Assembly: GCA_963845755.1 (NCBI GenBank) | Contig: CAWJTV010000013.1 | Coordinates: 287,973 to 351,972 of the forward strand | DNA from: an uncultured Planctomycetota bacterium | GTDB lineage: Bacteria > Planctomycetota > Planctomycetia > Isosphaerales > Isosphaeraceae | Direction of reading: 5' to 3' | Length of the DNA: 64,000 nucleotides | In this document: piece by piece, positions 1-10,403 of the stretch | Layout of the letters: each line of letters starts with the position of its first letter | How positions within the stretch are numbered: position 1 is the stretch's first letter | Program-made: the position numbers and the translations under genes | The notes under the pieces: model-generated | What the model saw: the letters and a program-made list of their open reading frames with translations, nothing else | What the model was told of the DNA's origin: nothing | Databases searched by the model: none

Positions 1-268
1 CCGCTTCGTGGTTGGCCAAAGACTGCAAACCGTGGGATGCCGGCCTCCGCGGCCTGAACTCGCCCCGTCGGCCTCCGCTGTTGTCATCGGGGCCATCCGG
101 CCTTGTCACTGGAGCCTCGATATCACCAATCGCGAGGACGAATCGCGGATTCGCGAAAGGCACTCCCACGCACGCTGGCGTCGCCCGTGCGACCGGGCGC
201 TACGAGGTTGACTACCGACGTCGGCGTAGGGACGTGCTGGAATCCTGAGGCCAATATATTAAATAGAT

Positions 269-1036
269 ATGAAGAGCTTTATTATCTATTTATTAAATCC
301 CTTTACAATTGCGAGCATTGTGACCGGCGTGGGGGTTTTCGCCCTGTGGCGCAAACGTCAGGTGTCCAAGGCCCTGCTCTCAGTCGTCACGCTCGGTTTC
401 GTATCGATGATTGTGCTCGAGCTTCCCGTAGTGAGTCATTTCGCACTGGGAAGCCTGGAATGGTCGTTCATGCCCCTTGGGGAATTGCCGAAAGAGGTCC
501 AGGCGATCGTCGTGCTGTCGGGAAGCAGCAATCCCCCCAATTCGGTGCAAACAGAAGCCACACTCGGTTCGGATACGTCCCATCGTTGTGTTTATGCCGC
601 ATCTGTTTACCATCGCCTGAAACCGATGCCAGTCCTCGTCAGCGGAGGCAAGGTTGACCCTACGGTCTCAGGGCCCGCCGTCGCTCAGCTCATGTCCGAC
701 TTCCTGATCAAGTTGGGCGTGGATGCCTCGGCGGTCGAATTGGAATCCGTTTCGCGCTCGACGCACGAAAATGCAGTCGAATGCCGGAAAGTGCTCGATC
801 GACGACGCATCCGGAGGATCCTCCTGGTCACGGAGGCCTGGCATATGCGACGTGCGGCGTTATGCTTCCGCAAGCAGGGGATCGAGATCATCCCCGCAGC
901 CTGCCATCATCGTGCGACGAGGTTGGAGGGTTCGATCCTGAACTTCTTACCCAACCCCTCCTCGACGGAAGGTCTTTCGGATGCCTTTCACGAATGGCTC
1001 GGCCTGGCCTGGTACGGGTTACGAGGTTGGATCTGA
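269..1036 (+). CDS. YdcF/DUF218 family membrane-associated protein
   Basis: N-terminal TM segments, AIVVLSG, VLVSGG, ExxSRSTHENA, LLVTEAWHMRRA and HEWLGL motifs typical of DUF218. Confidence 0.85.
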   Translation: MKSFIIYLLNPFTIASIVTGVGVFALWRKRQVSKALLSVVTLGFVSMIVLELPVVSHFALGSLEWSFMPLGELPKEVQAIVVLSGSSNPPNSVQTEATLGSDTSHRCVYAASVYHRLKPMPVLVSGGKVDPTVSGPAVAQLMSDFLIKLGVDASAVELESVSRSTHENAVECRKVLDRRRIRRILLVTEAWHMRRAALCFRKQGIEIIPAACHHRATRLEGSILNFLPNPSSTEGLSDAFHEWLGLAWYGLRGWI

Positions 1037-1045
1037 CGTTGATCC

Positions 1046-1150
1046 GGGATCGGCGCCTTACTCCGACCATCAAGGCCGTTCCGACCGGATTTGTGCGAGC
1101 GACAACGACATCGGAGAGAACCAGGTGACCTCGTTTCGCGTTCTGATCTT
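1046..1150 (+). repeat. 105-bp diverged direct repeat, copy A (orphan RBS plus first codons of the deacetylase gene)
   Basis: Aligns without gaps to 2053-2157 with about 14 mismatches (manual count); reads GGAGAG-GTG VTSFRVLI versus VTPFRVLI. Confidence 0.9.
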
Positions 1151-1439
1151 ATTCCGGTCAGATCGTCGTTTTCGGGATGACCCGGACACGAGACTGCGAT
1201 TCACCATCCCGCTATGTCCCACAACGGCCTTGGCGAGAGTGCCAAGGTTCGTATAGCTCCGCGGTCAGGATGGACACCGAGATGGTGAGGATCACCGATT
1301 CCGATTTCACCGGTCTGGACCGCTAGGTTTAGATGTCTCCTCTTTGGGATTTGGTCTTGTCATGAACATCAGCGCAGCAATGCTCGGAGAATCGCGATTC
1401 GCGGGCTCGCAACGCAACGACGGGGAGCCGCGAGACGGC

Positions 1440-1922
1440 ATGGTTGTCGTATTCACCGATGGTGAGATCGACGGAGTGACGATGCGACCGCTCCGATTCT
1501 ACCATGATGCGCGGGGCTGGTTGGTGGAGCTGTTCCGTCAGGATGAGGTGGGGGAAGAGCGGTGGCCCGCAATGACCTATGTTTCTGAAACCTTGCCGGG
1601 GGTGACCCGCGGCCCGCATGAGCATGCCGACCAGACGGACGGGTTTGCATTCCTCGGCCCGTCGGACTTCCGGCTCTTCCTGTGGGACACTCGAGCCGGC
1701 AGCCGGACCCAGGGCCGCCGCACGAGCATTATCGTCGGGGTGTCGAACCCGATGGCAATCTGGATCCCCCCGGGGATCGTGCACGCTTACCGCAATATCG
1801 GGGGTGTCCCGGGCTTGGTGTTCAACGCGCCCAATCGCCTCTTTGCCGGCTGGGGCAAGAAGGAGCCGGTCGACGAGATCCGCCACGAGGACGCCGAGCC
1901 CGACCGGTTCCTGATGGACTGA
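1440..1922 (+). CDS. dTDP-4-dehydrorhamnose 3,5-epimerase (RmlC/RfbC-like cupin)
   Basis: DARGWLVELF, PGVTRGPHEH, WDTR, IPPGIVHAY motifs; start chosen at ATG 1440, ORF extends up to 1344. Confidence 0.8.
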   Translation: MVVVFTDGEIDGVTMRPLRFYHDARGWLVELFRQDEVGEERWPAMTYVSETLPGVTRGPHEHADQTDGFAFLGPSDFRLFLWDTRAGSRTQGRRTSIIVGVSNPMAIWIPPGIVHAYRNIGGVPGLVFNAPNRLFAGWGKKEPVDEIRHEDAEPDRFLMD

Positions 1923-2052
1923 AGTTCGCCCGCAAGCAGCCATACGACACCCAGCGCATCCTCGGCGTCAACCGAACCGAGATGCCTGATGGTGGCGATC
2001 TCTGATCGGTGCCGGAGCGTTGAGGCATCCGGGATCGGATCAGCAAGGCCTT

Positions 2053-2157
2053 GGGACCGGCGCCTGACCCCGACCATCGAGCCCGTTCCGGCCGGATTGG
2101 TACGAGGGACCACGACAACGGAGAGAACCACGTGACCCCGTTCCGCGTTCTGATCTT
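2053..2157 (+). repeat. 105-bp diverged direct repeat, copy B (5' end of the intact deacetylase gene)
   Basis: Matches 1046-1150. Confidence 0.9.
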
Positions 2158-3847
2158 CGCCGATGCCGAGCCGCACCGGATTAAACAATTGCTCAGACAT
2201 TTGATCGAGGATCTGCCTGAAGTCGAGCTGAGCTTGCTTTACGAGGAGAAGCGTCGCCCCTCGCCGATGAGTCACGGAACCGGGCCGACTCCGGAAGGAC
2301 ACACAAGTTTGGGTCTGCTCATACAGTCCGTTGTCGGCGAGTGGGCGAGGTCACTCTCCTCCATAGCAAGCGGGTGTCTCGATCGGCTGCTTCGCTGGCT
2401 TCACGCCGCCCCGTTCGACGCCGATGCAGGACATTCAAGCGTCGATGAAGTGCGCGAATACGCCGAGCATCAAGGCGTTACCTTCTGCCTCGCGGCGGAT
2501 CCGTCTTCACAATCAGCCCGGGATTTCGTTCGGAACGAGAATCCCGACCTAGGTGTGATCTTCGGTGATCCGACCCAAGATTCGGATTTGTTCCGGATAC
2601 CCAGAAAGGGCTCGATCGCTCTTCACTCAAACGGAAGGTTCGGCGATCATCGAGCCGGGCCTGCAACAAGGGACTCGGGTCGGTCCAACCAATCGTCGCA
2701 CGTCGTGTCGGCCTACCGGCTCGCGGGCTGTGCCGGTTCGCCCGTTCTCCTGGATGAACGATCGTTCCCCGTTCAGCAGTACGACACGTCCCAGAGCATC
2801 GCCGTCAAGTCGGACCTTCTCGGGATTGAATGCCTCGTCAACGTCATCCGGTCGGAGCGGAGCGGTGACCGGGGAGGGCATGCTGAAGGAACAGCCGAGA
2901 GCAGATGCGATTCCTTGAGGTGCCACGGAGTCGCGGGGGCCGATGGCTTTGTCGTCCGCAATCGTCGGCCATTCCGCCCCAGGTCTGGCCGGCCTCTAGC
3001 CAAACTGATGGCTCGATTCCTTCTCTATCCGAAGGTTTGGATGGACAACCGCCGCAGGGCCGTCACCCGGCGCTTTCCCATCGTGATCCTCTTCGGCCAC
3101 GTCGTGGCCGACCGCCCCAAGTTCATGGGCGTCTCGACCGATCAATTCCTCAGGCAAGTGAGGTTTCTGAAGAAACACTATCGAATTGCGTCGCTGCCCG
3201 ATGCAATCCAGATGCTCGAAGAGGGTCGAGTTCCTTCACCGACCGTCGTCTTGACCTTCGATGATGGCTACGGAGATAACTACCTCGGACTGCGTGCGGT
3301 GATCGATTCGGAAGACATTCCGGTCACCCTGTTCGTGTCCACCAGAAACATCGAGGAGAATTCCCCTTTCGATCATGATCTGAGGCGCGGGGAATCGGAC
3401 TTCTTCCCTTTGACGTGGGACCAACTCAAGGCGTTCGAGCACCGGGGCAGCACGATCGGTAGCCATACCCGGACGCACTTCGATTGCGGATCGCGAGACG
3501 AGGCATTGCTGAAGGACGAGATCGCCGGCGCCCAGGACGACTTGCGGCACCATCTGGGACACACTGTACCCTATTTTTCATTCCCTTGGGGATACTCGAA
3601 GAATATGTCCAAGACCGCGATCCGGATCGCGGCGGAGACCTATCCTCATTTGTTCGCCGCGTATGGCGGGGCGAACGAGCCTGGTGCCCCCTCTTTGCCG
3701 TTTTTCCGGCGTGCCTGCCTGCCCGAAACCTTGCTCGAGCTGGAACTTCTGCTGCAAGGCCTTCTGGATTTCGGAAAGGCGGAGGCCGAAGAATCTTCGA
3801 TGAGTGGTCTGACGCGAGTCACTCCGCGCGTGTGCCACGCCGGATGA
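2132..3847 (+). CDS. Polysaccharide deacetylase (NodB-like C-terminal domain) with a degenerate formyltransferase-like N-terminal region
   Basis: VLTFDDGY, GSHTRTH and FSFPWG in the C-terminal half; N-terminal PDLGVIFG...FRIPRKGSIALH; GTG start after GGAGAG. Confidence 0.8.
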   Translation: MTPFRVLIFADAEPHRIKQLLRHLIEDLPEVELSLLYEEKRRPSPMSHGTGPTPEGHTSLGLLIQSVVGEWARSLSSIASGCLDRLLRWLHAAPFDADAGHSSVDEVREYAEHQGVTFCLAADPSSQSARDFVRNENPDLGVIFGDPTQDSDLFRIPRKGSIALHSNGRFGDHRAGPATRDSGRSNQSSHVVSAYRLAGCAGSPVLLDERSFPVQQYDTSQSIAVKSDLLGIECLVNVIRSERSGDRGGHAEGTAESRCDSLRCHGVAGADGFVVRNRRPFRPRSGRPLAKLMARFLLYPKVWMDNRRRAVTRRFPIVILFGHVVADRPKFMGVSTDQFLRQVRFLKKHYRIASLPDAIQMLEEGRVPSPTVVLTFDDGYGDNYLGLRAVIDSEDIPVTLFVSTRNIEENSPFDHDLRRGESDFFPLTWDQLKAFEHRGSTIGSHTRTHFDCGSRDEALLKDEIAGAQDDLRHHLGHTVPYFSFPWGYSKNMSKTAIRIAAETYPHLFAAYGGANEPGAPSLPFFRRACLPETLLELELLLQGLLDFGKAEAEESSMSGLTRVTPRVCHAG

Positions 3848-4043
3848 CTCGGCATTCTCCTGGCAATCGGAGAACAACGAAGCCTTGGTTCCTCAAGGGA
3901 CACCGTCCTCAGAGACGATGGCCAAGCCCCTACGCGTGCTCGAGGTCGAGCGTATCATTCATGATCCGCGACGCCGCTTCTCCTGGAAACGAAACCGTAT
4001 TTCTGGACCGCGTGCCAAGAGCATATCTTGCACCTCTTGACTC

Positions 4044-5411
4044 TTGATACCCATGTTGACTGGAGACTGTGACGGGACAATGAGCCGATCGCCGGGCTTC
4101 GGATACTTTCTTTTCATCCTGCTTAATGCCACCCTGTTCATCAGGCCTCACGAGCTCTTCCCAGAACTCGGACTGGGCGTAATGCCGATCTACAATGTCA
4201 TCATGATCGGTTGTCTGACAGTCTCAGCGTCCGCGGTATTTGGCCAGTTCAAGTCGGAAACGTTGCGTAATAATCCCGTCAATGTTTATATACTTTGCTT
4301 CTTGGCGTCGGCGGCCGTTTCGCACTTATCCCACTTTCGGATCGCTGAAGCGCTCACCGGGACGACCGATTTGAGCAAGATCCTTCTTTACTATTTTCTG
4401 CTCGTAGGATTTCTCGATACCTTCAAGCGTCTTCGTGGATTCCTGCTTTGGCTCGGCGTGCTCGCGGTGGTCTTGGTTTCACTTTCGCTGTTACACTACT
4501 ATCACTTCGTCAACATCCCTACCCTGGAGGCATACCACGAATTCGAGCCTGAGCTTGATGACGAAACCGGCGGAAGTCTCGCAATAGACAGACTTACGTA
4601 CACCGGGATCTACGGCAACCCGAACGATCTCTCGCGCATCTTGGTGATCGGGATTCTCATCAGCCTCTACTTCCTGGGCGACAGCCGTCTGGGTCTACTC
4701 CGCCCACTCTGGCTATTGCCGATCGCTATGTTCGGCCTGGCGTTGCACTTGACTCACTCGAGGGGGGGGCTGTTGGCTCTGTTCGCTGGTATCGGCGTCC
4801 TCTTCTACAACCGCTACGGGATGAGAAAGAGCCTCCTCCTGGGTGGCCTGATTCTTCCTATCCTCCTCGTCGCCTTTGGTGGCCGACAGACCGACTTTTC
4901 CACAAGTGGGGGTACGGCCCAGGAACGAATTAAGCTCTGGAATGAGGGCCTCGTCCTCCTGCAGGGTTCTCCGCTGTTCGGGATCGGTATGGATCAGTAC
5001 GGCGAACATCTCAAGAAGGCCGCGCACAACTCATTTGTCCATTGTTACGTAGAACTTGGCTTCATCGGGGGTAGCTTCTTCTTCGCGATCTTCTGCCTGC
5101 TAGCCCGAGTCCTCTGGTCCGACCGTGCGGCTGATCCGGATGTCATCGACCCCGAGTTGAGTCGCCTCCGTCCCTTTCTGTTGGCAATCTTGTTATCTGC
5201 TATTGTCGGTATGTTTTCTGCTTCACGTTGTTATTATATTCCTACATATATGGCAGCCGGACTTTGCATGTCCTATTTAAACTTGATGGCCATGGCGGGC
5301 CATCGCATGATGCCCAAGAACGACACGAATCTCTTGGGCCGCCTCTTCTTCCTCAGCGTCTTGGCTTTGGCCGGTCTCTATGTTTATGTGCGCCTGAAGT
5401 CACGTTATTGA
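4044..5411 (+). CDS. O-antigen ligase / Wzy-like polysaccharide polymerase
   Basis: Many TM helices; GNPNDL, THSRGG, R-x-x-LW, PLFGIG, AHNSFV motifs. Confidence 0.85.
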   Translation: MIPMLTGDCDGTMSRSPGFGYFLFILLNATLFIRPHELFPELGLGVMPIYNVIMIGCLTVSASAVFGQFKSETLRNNPVNVYILCFLASAAVSHLSHFRIAEALTGTTDLSKILLYYFLLVGFLDTFKRLRGFLLWLGVLAVVLVSLSLLHYYHFVNIPTLEAYHEFEPELDDETGGSLAIDRLTYTGIYGNPNDLSRILVIGILISLYFLGDSRLGLLRPLWLLPIAMFGLALHLTHSRGGLLALFAGIGVLFYNRYGMRKSLLLGGLILPILLVAFGGRQTDFSTSGGTAQERIKLWNEGLVLLQGSPLFGIGMDQYGEHLKKAAHNSFVHCYVELGFIGGSFFFAIFCLLARVLWSDRAADPDVIDPELSRLRPFLLAILLSAIVGMFSASRCYYIPTYMAAGLCMSYLNLMAMAGHRMMPKNDTNLLGRLFFLSVLALAGLYVYVRLKSRY

Positions 5412-5585
5412 GCGGCCGTATCGACATCTTGCCACGAAATCGAGCGGCTTGATCGAAGGTGTGACGCAGCCGGCAGTCATAGGGACTCCGCTTCCCTCGG
5501 GCTTGAGAGCCGCCCGGCGGGACTCCCAGTAGTGGGCGCGGGCGATCACGGGCTCGTCGAGACTCTCGATTCGATCGGTATCAAG

Positions 5586-6801
5586 ATGAAAATCGGCCTC
5601 CATTCAACTGGATATCCAGGATTGACGCCCGCCGGGGGGGTCGCGACATACACCCGCGAGCTGGCCCACGGCCTCTGCGAGCTCGGGCACGAAGTCCACG
5701 TCTTGATCTCGGGTGAACCCGTCGAGCCGGCCCGCGACGGCCCAGTCTGGGTTCATAAGACCCGTAGTGACTACTTCCCGATCGTTGAGCGGATCCTCCC
5801 CGGCTCGGGGGCCTGTTATTACATTGGCGCGACGATGAGGCGACTCGCGACCGAGTATGGGCTCGACATCGTTGAGTTCCCGAACTGGGAGGGAGTCGGC
5901 CTCTGGTATGCCCTGCGGCGTCCTACCCCCTTGATTGTCAGGCTCTACACCTCCTCCATCGAGGCGGGCCAGATCAACGGGACCAGCGGCGACCGTTCCA
6001 TACGCTGGGACGTCTCTCGGGAGCGGTGGCTGTCCTTGATGGCGGATACGTTGGTGACACACTCGCAAGCCCATCGCCAATTCATGGCGGAGGAGCTGGC
6101 GATTGACAGCGGGCGAATTGCGGTCGTGCCCCTCGGTGTCATCGTGGACCGGGGATTTCGACGGGCGCCGCGGCAGGGAACCGATCTGACGGTGGTCTAT
6201 CTCGGCCGATTGGAGAACCGCAAAGGCACCATAGATCTCCTGCGAGCGGCGCCGGAGGTTCTACGCGAGGTTCCGGAAGCCGCGGTTCGTCCTCATTGGA
6301 GCCGATCGACCGCACTGTCCTGGAGGGCGGACACACGCACGGTACCTCGAGGAGGAGTTTCCCTCGGAGGTTCGCAGCCGGATCACGCTCACTGGCCCAT
6401 TGCCGAACGCGGACGTGGATCGCTGGTTGCAGACCGCCGACCTGCTCGTGGCGCCCTCCCTGTATGAGTCGTTTGGGCTCATGTTTCTGGAGGCGATGCG
6501 TTGGGGGACACCGGTCATCGGCACGACCGCAGGCGCCATCCCAGAGGTCGTCGAAGACGGGAAGTCCGGCGTGCTCGTGACGCCGGGCCGGCCGAGTGAG
6601 TTGTCCGGCGCGATCGTGGCACTGTTGCGTGACGAAGAGCGTCGCCGACGGCTAGGCGAGACCGGTCGCCGTCGTGTTGAAACCCTCTTTACCGTCGATC
6701 GAATGGCACGGCAGGTTGCAGATCTTTATGCCTCGGCGATCGAAAAACGGGGACGCGTGAACTCTCGACCTTCGCCGTTGCTCCGCCGAACGGGTTGCTA
6801 A
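5586..6801 (+). CDS. Glycosyltransferase family 4 (split by a 1-bp frameshift near 6285)
   Basis: GGVATYTRELA and YLGRLENRKG in ORF 5532-6467; PSLYESFGLMFLEAM in ORF 6400-6801. Confidence 0.85.
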
Positions 6802-7004
6802 CCCCGCAGGGCGCCGCGAGTCATGGCCCAGTATCTGCGTCGATCGTCAGACCCCTTTGCGGCTCGCTGTATGGCCGGTGCGCCGACATCGTTGCGGTTC
6901 GTCACCCAATCGACCTTTCCGATTGTAACGAATGGGCGGGTTATGTTGAGAATGCCTTCCGCGGTAGAACGAAACCCCAACGCGTTTTGTTGGAGGAAAT
7001 TGCC

Positions 7005-7853
7005 ATGCTTCAATACATTCAGTTACCGCTTCTAGCAGCACGCGTCACGGCGGATAGCGAGAGCTTCCGCTACGCGAAACCGTTTCGGCACGTCGTACTT
7101 GATGATCTTCTTGTCCTGGAGAGCGCGCGGGAATTGTTGAATGCATTTCCGGCGGTGGAGTGGCCTGGCTGGGATCGCGGTTTCGGAGATAACGAACCTC
7201 ATCAACCCAAGAAACTTACGTGCTGGGACATTGGAGTCATTCCATCGCCCCTGGATCTCTTCATCCACGAATTGAACTCCGGGCCGTTCCTCACGTGGCT
7301 CGAGAAACTGACAGGGATCGAAGACCTGATTCCGGATCCCCAGTTGGCTGGCGGAGGTCTGCATTCGTCCGGACCTGGTGGACGCCTTGTCCCTCATACG
7401 GACTTCCATAAGGGCAAGAATCAGCGCCTATACCGCCGCCTTAATTTATTGGTCTATTTCAACGAAAACTGGTCTGCGGATAACAACGGCGCCTTAGAAC
7501 TGTGGGATCTGCGTAAGGACCGCATCGAACGCCAGGTGTTACCGGAGTTCGGGAAAGCAGTGATCTTCGAAACGGATGATCAGTCGATGCACGGATTTTC
7601 GAAGCCGATCGTGGGGCGGTTTCGCAATTCCGTGGCTATTTACTATTACACCGCGTATCCGACAAGTCGATACAGCGGGGACGGGGATACGCATTGGCGA
7701 CCGGACGGTGGTCCAAAGAGGGGCTTGATCACACTTCCTGTGCGCAAACTGGCGATGTTCGCTTCACGAGCCATGGCGGGGGCCGGGTGGCGGCTGGCTA
7801 ACGCGGCGAATCGAGTGGAAGACTGGACGGGCGGGCGACAGGCGCCGCCCTGA
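7005..7853 (+). CDS. 2OG-Fe(II) oxygenase
   Basis: PFRHVVLDD, GGGLH, HxD (PHTDF), RRLNLLVYFN, HGF and RNSVAIYYY; GGAGGA RBS before ATG 7005. Confidence 0.85.
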   Translation: MLQYIQLPLLAARVTADSESFRYAKPFRHVVLDDLLVLESARELLNAFPAVEWPGWDRGFGDNEPHQPKKLTCWDIGVIPSPLDLFIHELNSGPFLTWLEKLTGIEDLIPDPQLAGGGLHSSGPGGRLVPHTDFHKGKNQRLYRRLNLLVYFNENWSADNNGALELWDLRKDRIERQVLPEFGKAVIFETDDQSMHGFSKPIVGRFRNSVAIYYYTAYPTSRYSGDGDTHWRPDGGPKRGLITLPVRKLAMFASRAMAGAGWRLANAANRVEDWTGGRQAPP

Positions 7854-7933
7854 AATGGATCGCTCTTTGGGAGAGTGATTCGATCGACTTTCCATGGAAC
7901 CGGTCTCTAATCCTTTCGGGAAGTGAAGAATCC

Positions 7934-8878
7934 ATGGCGCGGAACCTTGACTCGATCCCACAGAACCTTGTCTCGATCGTTGTCCCTTGCTATCGCGGCG
8001 CACGCTTCCTAGCGGAAGCCATCGAAAGCTGCCTCCGCCAGACGTACCGCGAGATCGAGGTCATCGTGGTTGATGACGCAAGTCCTGACGACTGCGCCGC
8101 GATCGCCGAGCGTTATGTCCGGACGGACAAGCGGGTTCGCCTAATCCGCCGGCCGCAGAATGGTGGGGTCTCACGCGCCCTGAACACAGGGTTGGAGGTC
8201 GCTCGCGGTCGGTACCTGACCCGCCTGGCTCAGGACGATGTATTCGGTGAGAACGCTGTCGAAGTCATGCTGAGGCACCTACAGGCGCGTCCGGATGCGG
8301 GCCTCGTCTATTGCGACAACTATGTCATCGGCGAGGAAGGCGAGGTGATCGAGCGGTACTGCCTCCCCGAACCCGACGACGTACTTTCTTTCAGAAATCG
8401 CCTGGGGCTGTGCGTCATGTGGCTGCGGGAGGTCACCGAAAGGGTGGGGTATTTCGATCCTCGTTTCGACACCGCAGAGGACTTCGAGTACTGGCTGCGG
8501 ATCGCGGAGTCGTTTCCCATTATCAAATGCCCCGACGTCGCCCCCTTCTATGTCCGGGCTCACGGCGAGAACGGATCCACGCTGTTCTTTGAGAGGCAGG
8601 TACACGCGACGCTCGACGTCGTGAACAGCCGCTTCCCGACTCGTTCGCTGCGGCAGCGCCTCGCGAAGCGGAAAGCACTGGCGAGCGCGGTCTTCTCTGC
8701 GTCGATCGGCTATTCCACGATTTGTCGGCGACAGATCCCGGCATTGGCCCGCCTGCTGCAGTCACTCGCCCTCTGGCCGTTCCCCTACCGCTCGGGCGAG
8801 CTGCCACGGCCGCTGGCCCGCCCAAAGGCGATCGTCGTATACACATTGCGACTTATTGGTTTACTTGGTTCATATTGA
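7934..8878 (+). CDS. Glycosyltransferase family 2
   Basis: VSIVVPCY, VVDDASPD, NGGVSRALN and EDFEYWLR. Confidence 0.9.
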   Translation: MARNLDSIPQNLVSIVVPCYRGARFLAEAIESCLRQTYREIEVIVVDDASPDDCAAIAERYVRTDKRVRLIRRPQNGGVSRALNTGLEVARGRYLTRLAQDDVFGENAVEVMLRHLQARPDAGLVYCDNYVIGEEGEVIERYCLPEPDDVLSFRNRLGLCVMWLREVTERVGYFDPRFDTAEDFEYWLRIAESFPIIKCPDVAPFYVRAHGENGSTLFFERQVHATLDVVNSRFPTRSLRQRLAKRKALASAVFSASIGYSTICRRQIPALARLLQSLALWPFPYRSGELPRPLARPKAIVVYTLRLIGLLGSY

Positions 8879-8963
8879 CATATCATCAACATATAACATT
8901 GATAAATATCTTAACATATTTTTAATAATACTTGTATATTTGTTTTTTCGAGGATCACCACTT

Positions 8964-10170
8964 ATGAATTTTACTCCGCAACCGAACGCCGGATTCGTCG
9001 GAGTCGACGCTCCTGCATCCCCCCTCGTTCATAAACTCCGGTCGTTCCTCTACGTGAACGACTTGGTGCCTCGCCAATTCGGGTTAGGGGCTCGTTTTAT
9101 TTCGGAACTGGGCCGGCGGGCCGCGTCCGATGGCATCCGGATGGGGATCTTGCTGGCAGGTGAGCCGATCCCCATGGTTGCCGAGGCTTTTCGTGGTGCG
9201 GGAATCGATTGGTGGTCGCTGCCGGATTGGAAGGCTTCCGACGACCAGGAGCGGCGGTGGCGATTCGTATCGGGTTTCCGGCGCGTCAATGCCCTCGAAG
9301 ATTGGGACGTGGTCGTTTTCAACCACTGCAATCCCGTCAGTGTAATATGTGCTTGCACGTGGTCCCGAATTCGCGACGGACGCCGATTTGCTCGGGTGTG
9401 GCATCAACACCAGGGAGTCCCTCGGCCGCGAGGCATCAAGAAGTACGTTTCGACGTTGCGTCTGCTCGGGCCATTCATGGATGCCCTCGTCACCAATTCG
9501 GGCTCGGGCAGGAGCTATTACACAGAGCGACTCTGTCCGCCGGAGAAGATCCGGGTGATCAACAATGGCGTTCCAATTCCTGAAGGCCGCACTGAGGCAT
9601 CCTTGAGGACGGAACTCGGATTGCCGGATTCGGCCCGATTGCTGGTCGCGGTCTCGAGTCTGATCCGACGCAAAGGCATCGATGTGTTGCTGGAGGCCGT
9701 AAGCGAGTTGTTCAAGGAGCACAGCGACTTGCATCTGATCATCGTGGGGGGCGGGCCGGAACTGGAATCCCTCCAGGAGGCAGCACGGCGCTTGGGGATC
9801 GAGCATCAAACCCATTTCCTGGGCATCTCGAACCGGGTCATGGACATACTTTCCGACACCGACGTCTTTGTGTTGCCATCTCGCAACGAGGATCTGCCCT
9901 GTTCCATACTCGAGGCGATGGCCTCCTCACTTCCCGTCGTGGCGACGGACGTCGGTTCGATTCGAGACATGGTACTTCAGGATAAGACCGGCTTCCTTGT
10001 GCCGCCTGAAGACCCCGTCGCTCTGCGCTCGGCCCTTCGAAACCGTACTTCTCGATGAGGAACTTGCTCTTGGGTTGGGGCGCCGCGGCAGGGAGCGGGT
10101 CGAGACATTGTTCAGCTTCGATGGGGTGGTGAACGGTCATTTGCAGCTTTACCGGGACTTGTGCAAGTAG
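8964..10170 (+). CDS. Glycosyltransferase family 4 (frameshift near 10040)
   Basis: VINNGV, RKGIDVLL, VLPSRNEDLPCSILEAMA; C-terminus continues in ORF 9868-10170. Confidence 0.85.
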
Positions 10171-10403
10171 GCGTGGTCCGCCTCGGCGCCACGCGTGTTT
10201 TCCTGAGCGGCTTTCGATCTCAAGTGTTAGTGCCATAAGAATGGGATTGGTCTTGCCTTACGCGTAGCGAGACCGCCACGAGGACGAAGAGGCTCGACCA
10301 CAGGGGTCGGATCGGGACCAGGAGAGAGAGTTTGTTGAGGGCGTCTTTCATTGCGGCTTGCAAAAGGGAATGGGTACAAATACCTTCTTCCAGGAGTACT
10401 GTA

